Source of the DNA: Chiloscyllium plagiosum
Lineage: Eukaryota
Length of the DNA stretch: 64,000 nucleotides
Assembly: GCF_004010195.1 (NCBI RefSeq)
Contig: NC_057720.1
Coordinates: forward strand, 6,984,031-7,048,030
Direction of reading: 5' to 3'
In this document: positions 13,855 through 26,868 of the stretch, piece after piece
Position numbering within the stretch: the stretch's first letter is position 1
How the letters are laid out: each line of letters starts with the position of its first letter
Translations under genes and position numbers: made by a program
The notes under the pieces: generated by a model
What the model saw: the letters and a program-made list of their open reading frames with translations, nothing else
The model's database searches: none
Told to the model about the DNA's origin: nothing

Positions 13855-14545
13855 ATTTAAGGAAAGATATAATTTCACTGGGGGCAGTTCCAGGAAGGTG
13901 CACAAGAATGATCCCTGGTATGGGATTGTCTAATGAGCAAAGGCGAAATGGACTGGGACTGTACTCACTGGAGTTGAGAAGAATGGGAGGTGATCTGATT
14001 GAAACATATTGAATTCTTAAGCGGATTGACAGCTGTTAGATCATAGGATCCCTATAGTGTGGAAACAGGCCCTTCGGCCCAACAAGTCCACACCGACCCT
14101 CTAAAGACTAATCACCCAAACCCATTCCCCTATCCTATTACTCTACATTTACCCCTAACTAATACATTCCCGAACACTATTGGCAATTTAGCATGGCCAA
14201 ATCACCTAACCTGCACATCTTTGGATAAATGCTGAGAGGGCGTTTCCCCTCATGGGAGAATCTAAGACCAGAGCGCCCAGTCTCAGAATTAAGGGGTGCC
14301 AATTTAAGACTGAGATGAGGAAGCATTTCTTCTCTGAGAGATTTGTAGTCTTTGGAACTCCTTCCTGCAGAGAGCTGTGAGGACAGAGTCCCTGTGTATA
14401 TTTAAGGTTGAGATAAATAGATTCTTGATCAGTCGGGGAAATCAAAGGTTGCAGAGAATTGTCAGGAATGGGAATGGGAGGAATGTTGGATCAACCATTA
14501 AGGGGCCAAACAGCCTACTCCTGTTCCTATTCCTTATGGTCTTAT
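13855..14545 (+). mobile_element. CR1 3' fragment interrupted by a partial HE1 SINE (14036-14224, minus)
   Basis: CR1 C-terminal and UTR sequence on both sides of the SINE tail and V-domain. Confidence 0.8.
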
Positions 14546-15318
14546 GACCTGTTGCTAAAACACTCATCCACACCTTCGTTAACTCCAGGCTGTTTCACAT
14601 GGTCACATCAGTTCACTGTATGAGCTGTTGATATTGTTGATAGTTACTGCTGCCATCTGCACTTACTGCAGCTAGCGACAGGACCTACTTGATCAAGTGT
14701 GGTCAAGGAAAACCACTTCCTGGTCAAAATAGAAGTGTCTCTTGTTGCTAATAAGGTTAAGTTTATTGCTTACTGGTGACTAGTTACAGTTACACTGATA
14801 TAATAGACATCGTTACAGAGACTTTGAGAAGGACTAGATGTAGAGTCTTACTCTGAGTTGTTTTGTCCACAAATCCATATAACAACAAGATAGTAAGTGG
14901 TGTTTATGTCACATATTCTATGTATACTTACTTCTTTGGTTTATCACAAAGTTAAGCATCATATTGAATGTGTTTACCAAGCTGTATTGCATCAGCTTTG
15001 GGCTTGTCAATGGATTAATTGAGGTATGCTTTCCATTGACCATCTCATTTCTTGTTCCTCCTTGTCAACTTTGCTGGTTACTGCAGTCTGATGGCTCTCC
15101 AGTATTAATGGCATTGTATCAATCCAGCACAATCACAGATTCCCATCTCAATGTTGGTGTGCAACAAATGTGTAATGCCAATCTAACAAAGCTCAATGAA
15201 TGTTAGTTTTTGTATTTAGGTTCCATTGTACCTGCATTGACCTTCTGAATGAGCATTCTTACTGTATCCCTGTGCCATTCTTCCTTTTCAGATAATATTC
15301 CAATTCTGTCCAGTGATT

Positions 15319-15762
15319 CATAGAACACAGAACATAGAACATAGAACATAGAACAATACAGCACAGAACAGGCCCTTTTACCATCTACCGCCACTCTCTG
15401 ACTTCGACCGGTTAGCCGGTTTTCTATCCAATTGGCCAAATTTCCCTCTATTCCATGCCTCCTGACTTTCCGCATAAGCCTTCCATGGGGAACCTTATCA
15501 AATGCCTTACTAAAATCCATGTACACTACATCCACTGCTCTTCCCTCATCCACAAGCTTGGTCACCTCCTCAAAGAATTCAATAAGACTTGTAAGGCAAG
15601 ACCTACCCTTCACAAATCCGTGCTGGCTGTCCCTAATCAAGCAGTGCCTTTCCAGATACTCATAAATCCTATCCCTCAGTACCCTTTCCATTACTTTGCC
15701 TACCACCGAAGTAAAACTAACTGGCCTGTAATTCCCGGGGTTATCCCTATTCCCTTTTTTTG
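15319..15762 (-). mobile_element. CR1 fragment: clean RT segment joined directly to the 3' microsatellite tail
   Basis: DNPGNYRPVSFTSVVGKVMERVLRD...QHGFVKGRSCLTSLIEFFEEVT...YMDFSKAFDKVPH...QRVAVDGK, then immediately gggcctgttctgtgctgtattg(ttctatg)n. Confidence 0.9.
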
Positions 15763-16300
15763 AACATTTGTCCACCAAACCCCTGAGAACACATTCCAGA
15801 TCTTAGCCATTTGCTCCATGAAAAGTTTCCTCCCCTTGTTGCTCTTTTGCATCCTTTGCCAATTACCTTTAATCTGTATCTTCTGGATCTCAAACCTTCC
15901 ATTAATGCAAACCGTTTCTCTCTATCTCCTCTTTCCAGACCTCTCCTGATTTTCAGGATCTCTATCAAATCTGGTAAATAAATTCAGTGAACTGTAAATA
16001 AAGTGGATTAAAAAGAGATCACTGTGCAATAATGCCACACAAAAAGCTGTTAACTAAATTGTTTATTTTATTGTGAAACATTGTATGATTTCAGGAAGGA
16101 GTTGGGTATCTGCATACTTGCGGTTAGGGGTATCAAAAGGGAAAGTGGAAACATTCTCTTGACTTGGATAACAAGCCATGATCACATTGAATGATGGAAC
16201 AGGCTCAAGCGTCAAATAGGCGAAAGTGATTTTAACCTCATTGTGAAGCCTCTTCCAAGGATGCCTACCTTGAAGACGTTCTCCACCTCTCTCTACATTC

Positions 16301-16328
16301 CTGATGAAGGGCTTTTGCCCGAAATGTC
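16301..16328 (+). ncRNA. Minimal hammerhead motif, short PLE family A
   Basis: CTGATGA-A-GGGC-tttt-GCCC-GAAA-TGTC. Confidence 0.62.
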
Positions 16329-18449
16329 AACTCTGCTGCTCCTCGGAATGCTGCCTGACCTGCTGCGCTTTCCCAGCACCACACTCTCGACTCAAGGGTC
16401 AAATAGCCTATCCCTGTTCCTATTTTCTGTGTTTTCTATCACAAGAAGATACAGTTAAGTGAGCACAAGACAACGTCCTGTAGCATTGTTTTAAGTAAAT
16501 TGAACGATTCAGCGCCGTATAAATCTCAGAGACCAATTAATGAACACCATCTTGTTCAGTGACTAAGTTTAGTAATGAGCTTTATTTTAAAGAATCTTTA
16601 ATTACTTATTATTTATCTTTTAAAAATATTTTCTCTTATCATTTATTCTCTGACCTTTTTAAGAATCATTTATTACTTTGGGGCATTAAATTTAATCTTT
16701 TACACTCCTGCCAAAGGTGATCTCCTGAAAGTGGAACTGTGGCAATATTAAGAGAGTTCCAAGCGAGAAATGAAGATGGTGGATATTGACAATGACAACT
16801 GAGAGGCCATCGCCAAGAGCTAAAAATCATACAACACCAGGTTATAGTCCAACAGGTTAATTGGAAGTATTAGCTTTCAGAGCTCTGAAAGCTAGTATTT
16901 CCAAATAAATGGACTATAACCTGGTGTTGTGTCATTTTTAACTTTGTCCATCCCAGTCTAACACCAGCTGCTCTACATCATCATCAAGAGCTGTGACTCT
17001 GGAGACTAATTGCTTTGGAGGGGCATGGGCTGGGGTACATGGGGACATAAAGCTCAGCCAGTCAAGCAGATCGCCAAGGGGAGAAAGAGAGGTGAGAGAA
17101 TCCAAAGCTAAAGATGTGCAGGTTCGGTGGATTAGGGGCGTTAAATTGTTCAGAGTGTCCAGGGATGTGTAGGCTAGGTGAATTAGCCATGGGAAAAGCG
17201 CAGTTACAGAGATACGTTGGTATGCTCTTTGGAGGGATGGTGTGGACTCGATGGGCTGAACGGCCTGCTTCCCCACCATAATGAGTCTACGATTCTATGG
17301 CTTTCTGAATCCTGCAGCTTCTCAGCCCATGGTCTTGATCTGCAGCCAATGTGACAGAGACTGCTGTGTCAGAATGGGGCTCCTGAGCCAAGGTAGTGTT
17401 TAATATAGAGTTGATCACATTGCTGATCCCATTGTCATACTGACTGGAAAGCTGCCACCTTTTAAGCCACTAAGTCACTGTAAGGATACATACCATGAGT
17501 TCAATTATAAGTCAATTATCATTGTTGAATGTAAGTTTCAGAGTGGGTTGCTGTTTGCACTAACTAGTCGACTTTAATGTGTGAGTTTCAATCAATGACG
17601 GTAAGACAATGTGCTCACAAGAAATGTTAATTTAATTAAAGCATTAATAACTCAAATGAATTTTAAGTACTTACAACCAAACGAACTTAGCTGGGGAATT
17701 AATGTCTTTCAAATTACAACTCTTGAGCTCAATCGAATCTGAATTCTCGCTCGAGTTTTCTGGCTAAGTTCCTTAGTTTCTATTCAAAAAGCCCCATGTA
17801 ACGATGGATGGTTGCTCAGTGGGTCAGTGGTTAGCATTGCTGCCTTACAGCACTAGGGACCTGCGTTCGATTCCAGCCTCGGTGGACTGTCTGCATGGAG
17901 TTTGCACATTCTCCCTCTGCCTGCGTGGATTTCTTCCGGGTGCTCCAGTTTCCTCCTACAATCCAAAGATGTGCAGGTCAGGGGGATTGGCCATGCTAAA
18001 TTGCTGCATAGCATCCAGGGATATATAAAATAGGTTGATTTGTCATGAGAAATGCAGGGTTACAGGGATAGGAAGAGGTGGGTCTGGGTGGAATGTTCTT
18101 GGAGTAGATTCAATGGGCCAAATGGTCTACTTCCACACTATAGGGTTAATGTGATTTGTTGCCTAGAAATACATTATCTGGCCCCCAAAATGTCGCTAAG
18201 CATGAGATCAATGGAAAGCTTCAAAATGGGTATTGGTAAGTTGTCAGTAGTCAAATATTGTAATGTTTGTGGAAGTGAGCTGGCTAGACAGAATTAAGAT
18301 ATAGATCAGCCCAAGCTCTCAGTGAACAGTGGAGCAGACTCAAGGAAACAAATGGCCTTCCTCCTGGTTCTAAGATTCTCTCTTCCTTCTTATGCTTCAT
18401 AAATTACAATATATTTATCATACAGCATGGCATATCAAACACAAAATCT

Positions 18450-18635
18450 TCTAGGAGAAAGTGAGGACTGCAGATGCTGGAGATCAGAGTTGGAAATGTG
18501 TTGCTGGAAAAGTGCAGCAGGTCAGGCAGCATCCAAGGAGCAGGAGAATCAACGTTTTGGGCATGAGCCCTTCTTCGATTCTTCTGCTCCTTGGATGCTG
18601 CCTGACCTGCTGTGCTTTTCCAGCAACACATTTTC
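18450..18635. mobile_element. Short palindromic PLE family A element (other copies near 1700, 5510-5635, 16295-16393, 28295-28368, 29812-29908, 55035-55248, 62615-62820)
   Basis: ~55-bp near-perfect inverted arms tgtgttgctggaaaag...gcagcatccaaggagcaggagaatc / gattcttctgctccttggatgctgc...ttttccagcaacaca. Confidence 0.8.
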
Positions 18636-19104
18636 ATATCCAACACAAAAGCCAAATCTTTGTTCAAAAACAGAAATTGCTGGAGAAACTCAGCAGCATT
18701 GGTGAAAAGCAAACAGAGTTAACATTTCGAGTCGGGCAACCCTTCATTGGACTGTTGAAGAGTCTTGGAACATTAACTCTGCTTTCTTCCCACAGATGTT
18801 ACCAGACCTGCTAAGTTTCTCTCAGAATTTCAGTTGCTGTTTCGGATCTCCAGCATCGACAGTTCTTTGCTTTATTTTACTCTCTGTCTGTTCTCTACTG
18901 TCAAAACCTCTTTTTAAACCAGTTCATCGTCCCTTCAGCAGTTGTTGTGAGCTTTGACTTTTATCTGGTATACCAGAGACCTTTCAATAAGTGACATTTT
19001 GTCTCTTACGAATGAGTGGAAGAATCCAGAGAAAGATAACTGAAAAGTGACATTCTGACCAGTATAAGAATCATCTGTGTGTGTGTGTGTGTAGTGTTAT
19101 GGTG

Positions 19105-19646
19105 ACATACTCATGAAACAATCCCACTCCCCCATGGCCAACCACTTTAACTCCCATTCCGCCAAGGATATGCAGGTCCTGAACCTCCTCTGTCACCAAA
19201 ACCTTACCACCCGACAGCTGGAGGAACAGTGCATCATCTTCTGCCTCGGGACCCTCCAACACATGAGATCAATGTGGATTTCACCAGTTTGCTCATTTCC
19301 CCTCCCCCCACTTTGTCCCAGATCCAACCTTCCAACTCGGCACTGCCCTCATGACCTGTTGTACCTGTCCATCTTCCTTCCTATCTGCTCCACCCTCCTC
19401 TCTGACCTATCACCATTACCCCCACCTTCATGTTTCTATCGCATTCCCAGCTGCCTTCCTCCCAGCCCCACCCCCCTCTCATTTATCTCTCAGCCCCCTT
19501 GGCCCACAAGCTTCATTCCTGATGAAGAGCTTATGCTTGAAACCTCGATTCCCCTGCTCCTCGGATGCTGCCTGACTGGCCGTGTTTTTCCAGCACCGCA
19601 CTCTCGACTCTGATCTCCAGTGTCTGCAGTCCTCACTTTCTCCTAG
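19105..19646 (+). mobile_element. 3' end of a second Penelope-like element (GIY-YIG C-terminus, pyrimidine-rich UTR, hammerhead-bearing terminus); parent of short family A
   Basis: PMANHFNSHSAKDMQVLNLL...RQLEEQCIIFCLGTLQ resembles the PLE endonuclease C-terminus. Followed by CTGATGAAGAGCTTATGCTTGAAACCTC (19519-19546) and the ...GCAGTCCTCACTTTCTCCTAG end shared with family A copies. Confidence 0.8.
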
Positions 19647-21552
19647 TAGTGTTGTATATCAATAATTCATAATTAGTTAACTCTTGCTAGAGTCTAATTA
19701 TGTGCAACAAGTAGTAATTCTGTCACTTGGTCTGTGCTTTGTATCTCGGTCTGGAAATCAGATATATTGGGGAATTCTGTGCACCTTTTTTTAGAATTAG
19801 AATCCCTACTGAGTGTAGAAACAGGCCTTTCAGCCCAACAAGTCCACATCAACCCTCTGCAGAGTATCCCACCCAGACCCAGATTCAACCTTCCAACTTG
19901 GCACTGCCCTCATAACCTGTTGTACCTGTCCATCTTCCTTCCTATCTGCTCCACCCTCCTCTCCGACCTATCACCTTCTCCCCCATCTCCATCTTCCTAT
20001 CACATTCCCAGCTACCTTACCCCCAGCCCCACCCTCCTCCCATTTATTTCTCCTGACGAATGCACCTAACCTACAGGTCCCTGAACATTATAGGCAATTT
20101 AGCATAGCCAATCCACCTGACCTGCACATCTTTGGATTGTGGGAGGAAACCGGAGCACCCAAAGGAAACCCACATAGACACGGGGAGAACGTGCAAACTC
20201 CTCACAGACAGTTGCCCAAGGCTACGATCAAACCCGGGTTCCTGGTGCTGAGAGGCAGCAATGCTAACCACTGAGCCACAGTGCCAGTTAAACGTTAAAA
20301 TCCTTAACTTTTGTGATATTTACGAGAAGAGTAGATATCAATTGCTGAGCACTACCCCAGTGAGATGTGATGTGGAGGTACCGGGGTTGGACTGAGGTGG
20401 TCAAAGTCAGAAGTCACACAACACCAGGTTATTGTCCAATAGGTTTATTTGAGATCACAAGCTTTTGGAGCGCTGCTCCTTCATCAGGTGCAGTCCTGTG
20501 GACCATACAAAGACTGGTCAGACCACATGTGGGGACTTTGAGCAGTTCTGAGCACCGGGAATGTAAAAGCAGAAAGGATGGGCTCAGAATGAAGGGTGAT
20601 AATGTCCCTGCCTGTGAGACAAGGGTGACGTAGCCTAAAAATTAAAGCCAGAGTTTTGAGAGATCAGGTTAGGAAACACCGCTGTGTGCCAAAGGAAGTG
20701 CAAGATTGGTATTCTCTACTGCAAAGATCAGTTGACGCTAAATCAATGGTTAATTTTAAATTTGAGATTGGTAGATTTTTATTTTCCTGAGGTAACAGGG
20801 ATTGAGTCAAAGAAAGGGTCACATTGGGACCCTCCAGCAATGCTCTCATGTGATTGGTGGAATAGCTCTGGGGCTAAACAGTCTGCTATTATTCCTAAGC
20901 CTTTGGAACTCACTGAACGGTCTAGTGTCCAGAGCAGTTGTTGCCATCCCACCCCTGCACTGCAGAGAGACCTGAACTGTGTAATGGTAACACAGGAGTG
21001 TTAGCCACCAGTAATGATGCCACTGCATTCTGAGGATTTGATGGGAGGAACATCAAATAAATGCTAGTTTGCTTCTTGAACTCAAACATCATCGAGCCTG
21101 AGGTGATTTGAACTCATGTCTCCAGAGATTGGATGATGATCGCTGGCCCAGTGACATGGTCGCTAATCCACCACAACCCTGACAGTTGAAGAGAAGGTCA
21201 CCCCAACCCCTGCCCATGTCCTTCTAAATACACAGCTGGCATTCAAGAGAAGGGAGTTAGAAAATGTTCCAAAGACTCTCTGAAGCTTTCCTCAAAGCAG
21301 AGCGGCATTAACATTAATGACTCGGAGGGCTATGTCACCCATCATTCAAAATGGCGACTATTTGCCATAGTCATTTGAATCTAAATTCCTTCATCATGAG
21401 ATGGCGTGATGGCAGAGAGGGAAAGGAAAGGAAGCAAATCCTTTCCCGGGGATCCCACTGCATCGTTGGATAGGCTGTCCTATGTGCCAAAGAACGACAC
21501 ACCAAGAATTGGCCAATTCAGTGGGACAAAGACCCAAGACAGAAGTGTATCC

Positions 21553-24266
21553 CTCTGAGAAGACGTGACGCTCAAATTGAGAGAAATCTGACAACAACAT
21601 TGCTGTGTTCTTAAACTACAGAGCAGATATTACAATAGTGTTTTGACACAGGTGATGCTGCTTCCACATTCAATCAATCTGTTTTCAACTTGCCTTCATT
21701 CATTAAAGCAATCAAGTGTCCTTATTATTCTTTTCCAAGGTTACCCTGCATTTCTTTAATTAGTTTTTATGATACATAGATGCTTGAAAGTTCCAAGAAA
21801 TGTCAAGTTAAACATTGCCTCCTTGCAAGGAAACCACATGATTATTCAGACAGCAAGTTGATTCTTCTTTATACATTTATGTGCTGTCTGCTGAGTGAAA
21901 TCCACATTGAGTCATAGAGATGTACGGCATGGAGACAGACCCTTCGGTCCAACCTGTCCATACTGACCAGATATCCTAAATTAATCTAGTCCCATTTGTC
22001 AGCATTTAGCCCATATCCCTCCAAACCTTTCCTAATCATATACCCATCCAGATGCCTTTTAAATGCTATCATTGTAATTCAAAGGATGTCAGCACTCCTG
22101 GCCAGGCAATCATGTGCTGACTATTTGGCATCGCCATTGAATTAAGTGGTTTGTTTGGCCATTTCATAGGGTATTTAAGAAAAGTTGACCACATTGCTTG
22201 CTGTGGTCTACACGTGACTCCAGACCCACAGCAATATGGATGACACGTATTTGTGCTCTGAAATGCCCTCGGGACCCAATCAATTCAAGGAAAATGTAGG
22301 ATGGGTAACAAACGTTGGCCTTGCCAGCAATGCCCTCTTTCGTTGAAAGAATATGGAACAAATATTTGCCTGGCCCTCTGGATTACATCCCAGTGATACT
22401 GTCTCTCCCTTAAAACCATAAAACCACGCAGTGTTTAACCAACCAAAATTTGGCATTGAGTTAAAGAAGGAGAGGTGAGAGCAGGTACCCCATAGCTTGC
22501 TTGAAGGGATAATTTTTACATTGTGGTTTGAAGGTGGAAACATGTATAAAGGGATTTCCGAAGATTATTGTCTAGACTGCTGAAGGTTTGGCTGCCAATT
22601 GGTCACTTAATCTCATTCCTCATGCTCAACCTGTTACTGACTACCCCGCTATTTACTAATCGAACCTCACTCTCTCCAATGCGTTTCAATATGCCAATGT
22701 CCTTTATTCCACTATGCTACCTAATTCATTCACTCTCATTTTTCTTTGATAGCTTTTTTTCACCTTGAAAAATGTTTCTGAGTGATGCAGAGTGTTGCAT
22801 GATGTTCAAGATGGCACTCTTAAGGATAAAATTCATCGAAAGTACTCCATTGTTCAATAAAGACCAGTCACTGTGAGAAAAGGATATGAACTTGAAGTTG
22901 CGCTGTATCTAAAGCCTTTAGGTAAAAAGTTTCATTAGTTCCCTTTTAGGTTGAGAAGTTAAACTGATCTGATATTGCAGGAATAGACAGAAAGCTGGAC
23001 AGTCTAAATTCATATGTCAACCCATTTGTCATTAAAAACCACTTACTCTTAAACTGTGGCAAGTCATTCACAAACCATAGCTAATGTGTAGGCAGTCACA
23101 CAAAACAATGTAAATAATGAGAAAATAGTTGGTTATTTCCAAGAAGGCACTTATGACGGTATCTTTTTTGATGTCAAAAGTCACACATACAAAGTGTAGC
23201 ATCACCCACAGTACTTTACATTCACAACTCTACTGCTGATTTGGGGAAGGACATGATATGACATACTTCATCGAAATGCAGCTAGTCCCTGGAAGCTCTT
23301 TGGAGGTCATAGCATATTTGTGGCCAATATTTGTTCAGACAGAAAGCACGACACTGAGTAAAACACAAATCCTGCTCATAAAGATGGCTAAAGGCACCTG
23401 AACTAGAGTCACAGAGATGTACAGTACAGAAGCTCACCCTTCGGTCCAACTCCTCCATGCAGACCAGATATTCTAAGTTAATCTAGTCTAATTTGCCCAT
23501 ATCCCTCTAAATCCTTCTTAAACATGTACCCATCCAGGTGCCTTTTAAATGTTGTAATTGTATCAACCTTCACCATTTCCTCTGGCAGCTCAGTCCATAC
23601 ACGCACCACCCTCTGTGTGAAAAAAGTTTCATTAGTTCCCTTTTATATATTTCCCCTGTCACCTTAAAACTATATCATTTAGTTATGGACTGCCCAAAAC
23701 TGGGGAAAAGACCTTCTATTCATCCTATCCACGCCCAACATGATTTTATAAACTTCTCTAAGATCACCCCTCAGCCTCCTACGCTCCAGGGAAAACAGCC
23801 CCAGCCTCTCCCTGTAGCTCAAGCCCTCCAACCCTGGCAACATCTTGTAAATCTTTTCTTCACCCTTTCAAGGTTAACAGCATCTTTCCTAAAGAGACCA
23901 GAACTGAATGCTCTGAGAAGACGTGACGCTCAAATTGAGAGAAATCTGACAACAACATTTCTGTGTTCTTAAACTACAGAGCAGATATTACAATAGTGTT
24001 TTGACACAGGTGATGTTGCTTCCACATTCAATCAATCTGTTTTCAACTTGCCTTCATTCATTAAAGCAATCAAGTGTCCTTATTATTCTTTTCCAAGGTT
24101 ATTCTGCATTTCTTTAATTAGTTTTTATGATACATAGATGCTTGAAAGTTCCAAGAAATGTCAAGTTAAACATTGCCTCCTTGCAAGGAAACCACATGAT
24201 TATTCAGACAGCAAGTTGATTCTTCTTTATACATTTATGTGCTGTCTGCTGAGTGAAATCCACATT
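21553..24266. repeat. 356-bp direct duplication (21553-21908 and 23911-24266)
   Basis: Read side by side: 4 substitutions, no indels. Confidence 0.95.
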
Positions 24267-26868
24267 TTAACTCTTATACTCCCATATTTCCATACACTTG
24301 GAAAGCACCAAAGGTCTGCATCATTGAAAATACACCTTGAGTTCACAGGAGAAATCATACACCCTTCAATAGTAAAACAGAACATGCTGGAGAAACTCAG
24401 GAGGTCTGGTAGAAACCATAGAGTGAGAGAGAGAGAGACAGAGCTAATGTTTCGAGTTCAGTATGGCTCTTATTCACAATCATTCTGATGGTCATTCATC
24501 GAGCCTGTGCCTAATGATTTACTCCAAATGAGTGACATGTTAATCCCAATTTTCTGCTTTTTCCCAGTCCCGTTGAATTCTAACAGCAACTAACATTGAT
24601 ATATTGCCCTTAAGTTATTTTCTCCATTCTTTCAAGTGATGCAAGCATTACTGTCAAGGTCAGCAAGTGCTGACTATCCTTCATTGCCATTGACCTAAGT
24701 GGTTTGTTTGACCACTTCATAGGGTATTTAAGAAGCATCAACCACTTTGCTGTGGGTCTGGAGTTGTATGCCGGCCAGACAACGTAAGGATGGCAGTTTT
24801 CCTTCCCTGAAGGATGTTATTGAACGAGATGGGTTTTGACAAAATCAAAGATAATTCAATGCTCATTATTACTGAGGCTAGCATTTCAATTCCAGTTCAT
24901 TCATTGAATTTAAATTCCACAAGATCTGCGTTGGGGTTTAAAACTGTGCTATCTAACTCGAATCTTTATTTGTAGTTTTGATATTTTGGAAGCAATGCAC
25001 CAGATTAGTAATCGATAACCTTTGGTTAATAGTGGGAGGTTGGGGAGGGGGTGGAGGAGGGCATTAGAATGATCTGAATGCTGGCAATGTAACAGTGTGG
25101 ACTGCTGTAAAAGTCCCATCTGATTACTGGCGTCCTTTATGGACAGAAGTCTGTTGTCATAGAGTGTACAGTACAGAAACAAACCCTTCAGTCCAACTCG
25201 TCCATGTCAACCAAACTAAACTAATCCCACCTGCCGAGTGCTGGCCCATATCCCTCCAAAACTTTCCTATTCATGTATTTATCCAAATATCCTTGAAACA
25301 TTGTGATTGTACCCATGCTCACCACTTCCTCAGGAATTTCATTTCACACACAAACCAACCACTGTGTAAACAATCTGCCCTCATATCTTTTTTAAATTCC
25401 TCTTCTCTCACCTTCAAAATGTGTCCCCGAGCCTTGAAATCCCCCATCCTAGGGAAAAGAAAATTACCATTAACCCTATCTATACCCCTCATAATTTTAT
25501 AAACTTCTATAAGCTAACCTATAGCTAACCTAGGGCGGCACGGTGGCTCAGTGGTTAGCACAGGGGTAAATGTAGGGGAATGGGTCTAGGTGGGTTGCTC
25601 TTCGGAGGGTCGGTGTGGACTTGTTGGGCCGAAGGGCCTATTTCCACACTGTAGGGAATCTAATCTTATCTAAAACTCTCAACCTCCTTTGCTCCAGTGA
25701 AAAAGCTCCCAGCCTCGCCAGCCTTTCTTGATCACCCATAGCTTCTATAGCTAGCAACATCCCGGCAAGTCTCTTTGTCATTGCTTGCTGTGATCTACAC
25801 GTAACTCCAGACCCACAGCAGTGTGGTTGACACATACCTGTGCTCTGAAATGCCCTAGGGACCCAATCAATTTGAGGGAAATGTAGGATGGGTAATAAAT
25901 GTTGGCCTTGCCAGAAATGCCCTCGTTCCATGCAAGAATATGGAACAAACATTTGCCTGGCCCTCTGGATTACATCCCAGTGATACTGTCTCTCCCTTAA
26001 ACCAACCAGAAATTGGCATTGAGTTAAAGAAGGAGAGGTGAGAGCAGGTACCCCATAGCTTGCTTGAAGGGATAATTTTTACAATGTGGTTTGAAGGTGG
26101 AAACATGTACAAAGGGATTTCCAAAGATTATTGTCCAGACTGCTGAAGGTTTGGCTGCCAATTGATCACTTAATCTCATTCCTCATGCTCATCCTGCTAC
26201 TGACTACCCCGCTATTTCCTAATTGAACCTCACTCTCCCCAATGTATTTTAATATGCTATTGTCCTTTATTTCACTATGCTACCTAATTCATTCACTCTC
26301 ATCCTTCTTTGGTAGTTTTTTTTCAGCTTGAAAAATGTTTTCTGAGTGAACGCGGGATGTTATGTGATTCTTGAGATATGCATTCTTAAGGGTAAAATTC
26401 ATCGAAAACACTCCATTATTCAATAAAGACCAGTCACTGTGAGAAGTTGTTCTATATCAAAAACCTTGAGGTAAAATTCTTTAGGTTGAAAAGTTAAATT
26501 GATCTGATATTGCAGGAATAGACAGAGAGCTGGACAAGCTAAATTCAAATGTCAATCCATTTGTCATTAAAAAACAGTTACTCTTTGGACTCCCTTGCCC
26601 TGGGGAAAAGACCTCAGTTATTCACCCCATCCATGATCTTTATGATTTTATAAACCTCTATAAGGTCACCTCTCAGCCTTCGATGCTCCAGAGAAAACAG
26701 CCCCAGCCAATTCAGCTTCTCCCTGTAGCGCAAATACCCCTAACCTTGGCAAGATTCTGGTAATTCTGTTCTGAATCCTTTCAAGTTGAATGACATCTTT
26801 CCTATAGCAAGGAGATCAGAATGAAGTGCAGCATTCCAGAAGTGGCCTAACAAATGTCCTGTACATGA
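21909..26868 (-). mobile_element. CR1 3' fragments at 21909-22078, 23404-23910, 25157-25775 and 26586-26868
   Basis: agtcatagag tails and ccttcggtccaac...catatccctccaaacc UTR; LRGDL/EVYKIM-type coding remnants. Confidence 0.8.
22192..26585. repeat. Older ~0.85-kb direct duplication (22192-23050 and 25779-26585)
   Basis: Colinear, with many substitutions and several small indels. Confidence 0.9.

Noticed and set aside
14590..14930. Possible LTR-like or other repeat (also 50390-50900 and 54800-55030)
   Set aside because: No termini, TSD or second copy identifiable by eye.
18450..18635. Palindromic repeats as MITEs or pre-miRNA genes
   Set aside because: Arms are asymmetric and variable, TSDs are long, and the sequence is continuous with a PLE endonuclease at 19105-19646.
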